From NCBI GenBank assembly GCA_963845755.1, contig CAWJTV010000005.1, positions 544,001 to 608,000 of the forward strand: 64,000 nucleotides of DNA, given 5' to 3'. Made by a program: the position numbers and the translations under genes. This document shows positions 62,780-64,000 of the stretch, in pieces. Below the pieces are notes generated by a model, which was given only the letters and a program-made list of their open reading frames with translations, had not been told where the DNA came from and did not search any database. Source of the DNA: an uncultured Planctomycetota bacterium. Lineage in GTDB: Bacteria > Planctomycetota > Planctomycetia > Isosphaerales > Isosphaeraceae. Every line of letters starts with the position of its first letter. Position 1 is the first letter of the stretch.

Positions 62780-64000
62780 ATGCGTCGGCTGCTGTCATCC
62801 GGCTTGGCGTTCATCTTCCTGGCCTGGACGAGCGGATCGTCCGGAGTTGCGGCATGGCGCGAGCCGCCCACGACTCCCCCCGCCGACTCGCCCTCATCCA
62901 CAACGCCGGCTCCAAACGATGCCCCGGCACTCCAGCTCGAACGCGGCCTTGACAAGGAGCGGTCCCGGAACTGGTCCGGGGCCATGGAGATCTACCGCGG
63001 CGCCCTCGAGCAATGGCCCAGTCGCGTCGAATTCAGCCGCCGCCTCAGGCTATGCGAGATCCACTTCAAACTGATACGCCGATACGCGGATACCAGCTTT
63101 CGACATGTCCTGCTCCCTCTACCCCAGGAACAAGCGACTACGCTCTACGACGAGGTGCTCGAGCGTATCGAGAATCACTATGTCGAACTCGGTGCCATTT
63201 GAGCCGTTGGTTCGTCACGGGCTGGACAACCTCGAGGTGGCACTCCGAGATCCGGTCTTCCTGAAGGCGAACGCTCCGGATGCCGCGGCGGAGCGTGTGA
63301 ACCGGCTTCGTGAGATCCTCCGCCAGTATCGGGCGAATCTCGTCGTGCCGGACCGGACCGCCGCAGTCCGCATGGCCCAGACATGCGGTGAACTGGGTCG
63401 CCAGGCGATCGGTCTGGCGTCCACGGCCGTCCTGCTGGAATTCACCTACGGCGCCTGCGACGCGCTCGACGACTTCACCAGCTATCTGACGCCCGACAAG
63501 CTCGAAGACCTCTACGCCATGATCGACGGTAACTTCGTGGGACTGGGGATCGAACTCAAACTTGACAAGGAGGGTCTGCGAATCATCGGGGTGATCCGGG
63601 GCGGACCGGCGTGGGAGGCCGGCATAAAACCGGGCGATCAGATCGTCAAAGTCGGCAGTACGTCCCTCAAAGGACTGGCACTCGATGAGGCCGCCAACCG
63701 GCTTCAGGGTACGGAGGGGAGCACTGTCGAACTGGGCGTCCGGAGACGCGACGGGCGCCTTCAAGTCTATCGACTGGTCCGCCGCCATGTGGAAGTCGAG
63801 AGCGTTGCCAATGCCAAGATCGTTGACCCCGGCGCAAAGATCGGCTACCTCCGACTGTCGGGGTTCCAGAAGACCTCGGTGGAGGAACTGGATCGGGCCG
63901 TCGCCGCGCTTAACCAGCAGGGGATGAGAATCCTGGTGCTGGATCTCCGAGGCAATCCCGGTGGACTTCTCAACGTCGCCGTCGACATGGCTGGCCGGTT
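62780..64000 (+). CDS. S41 family carboxyl-terminal protease (CtpA-like), frameshift at about 63187, runs off the window
   Basis: Signal peptide; second frame LDDFTSYL..GNFVGLGIEL (PDZ)..IGYLRLSGF..LDLRGNPGGLL. Confidence 0.88.

Overview
GC-rich chromosomal window, inferred from gene content to come from a Planctomycetota (Isosphaeraceae-like) bacterium: DUF1501, PVC-type heme proteins, a CRTAC1/ASPIC-UnbV protein and a DUF4058 remnant. Most of it is housekeeping or lineage-typical: manA, M16 protease, tatC, cobA-hemD, three Hsp20 genes, BlaI/M56, cimA, valS, tRNA-Ser, mqnA/mqnC, MoxR-DUF58-transglutaminase, a YchF-like ATPase, two S41 proteases, large heme/copper redox proteins, MgtC and an MFS transporter. 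The most interesting signal is intergenic. (1) Non-autonomous elements with IS-like terminal inverted repeats (TIRs) wrap REP/REPIN-type hairpin cargo with a shared A-B-A-A'-B'-A' layout. (2) At 7.5-8.5 kb there is a three-layer nest: a DUF4058 remnant, interrupted by such an element (TAA duplication), itself interrupted by a 273-bp MITE with IS50/Tn5-like ends and a 10-bp duplication. (3) Another copy sits between a sigma54 promoter and the Hsp20 operon. (4) There are deleted remnants of xisH-xisI, a TPR paralog and possibly a tRNA-linked integrase. About a dozen genes carry single-base frameshifts. These recur at GTCGAC and GCGC contexts and are probably assembly errors, possibly marking methylated motifs. 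All family assignments come from motif recognition by eye; no database search was run.
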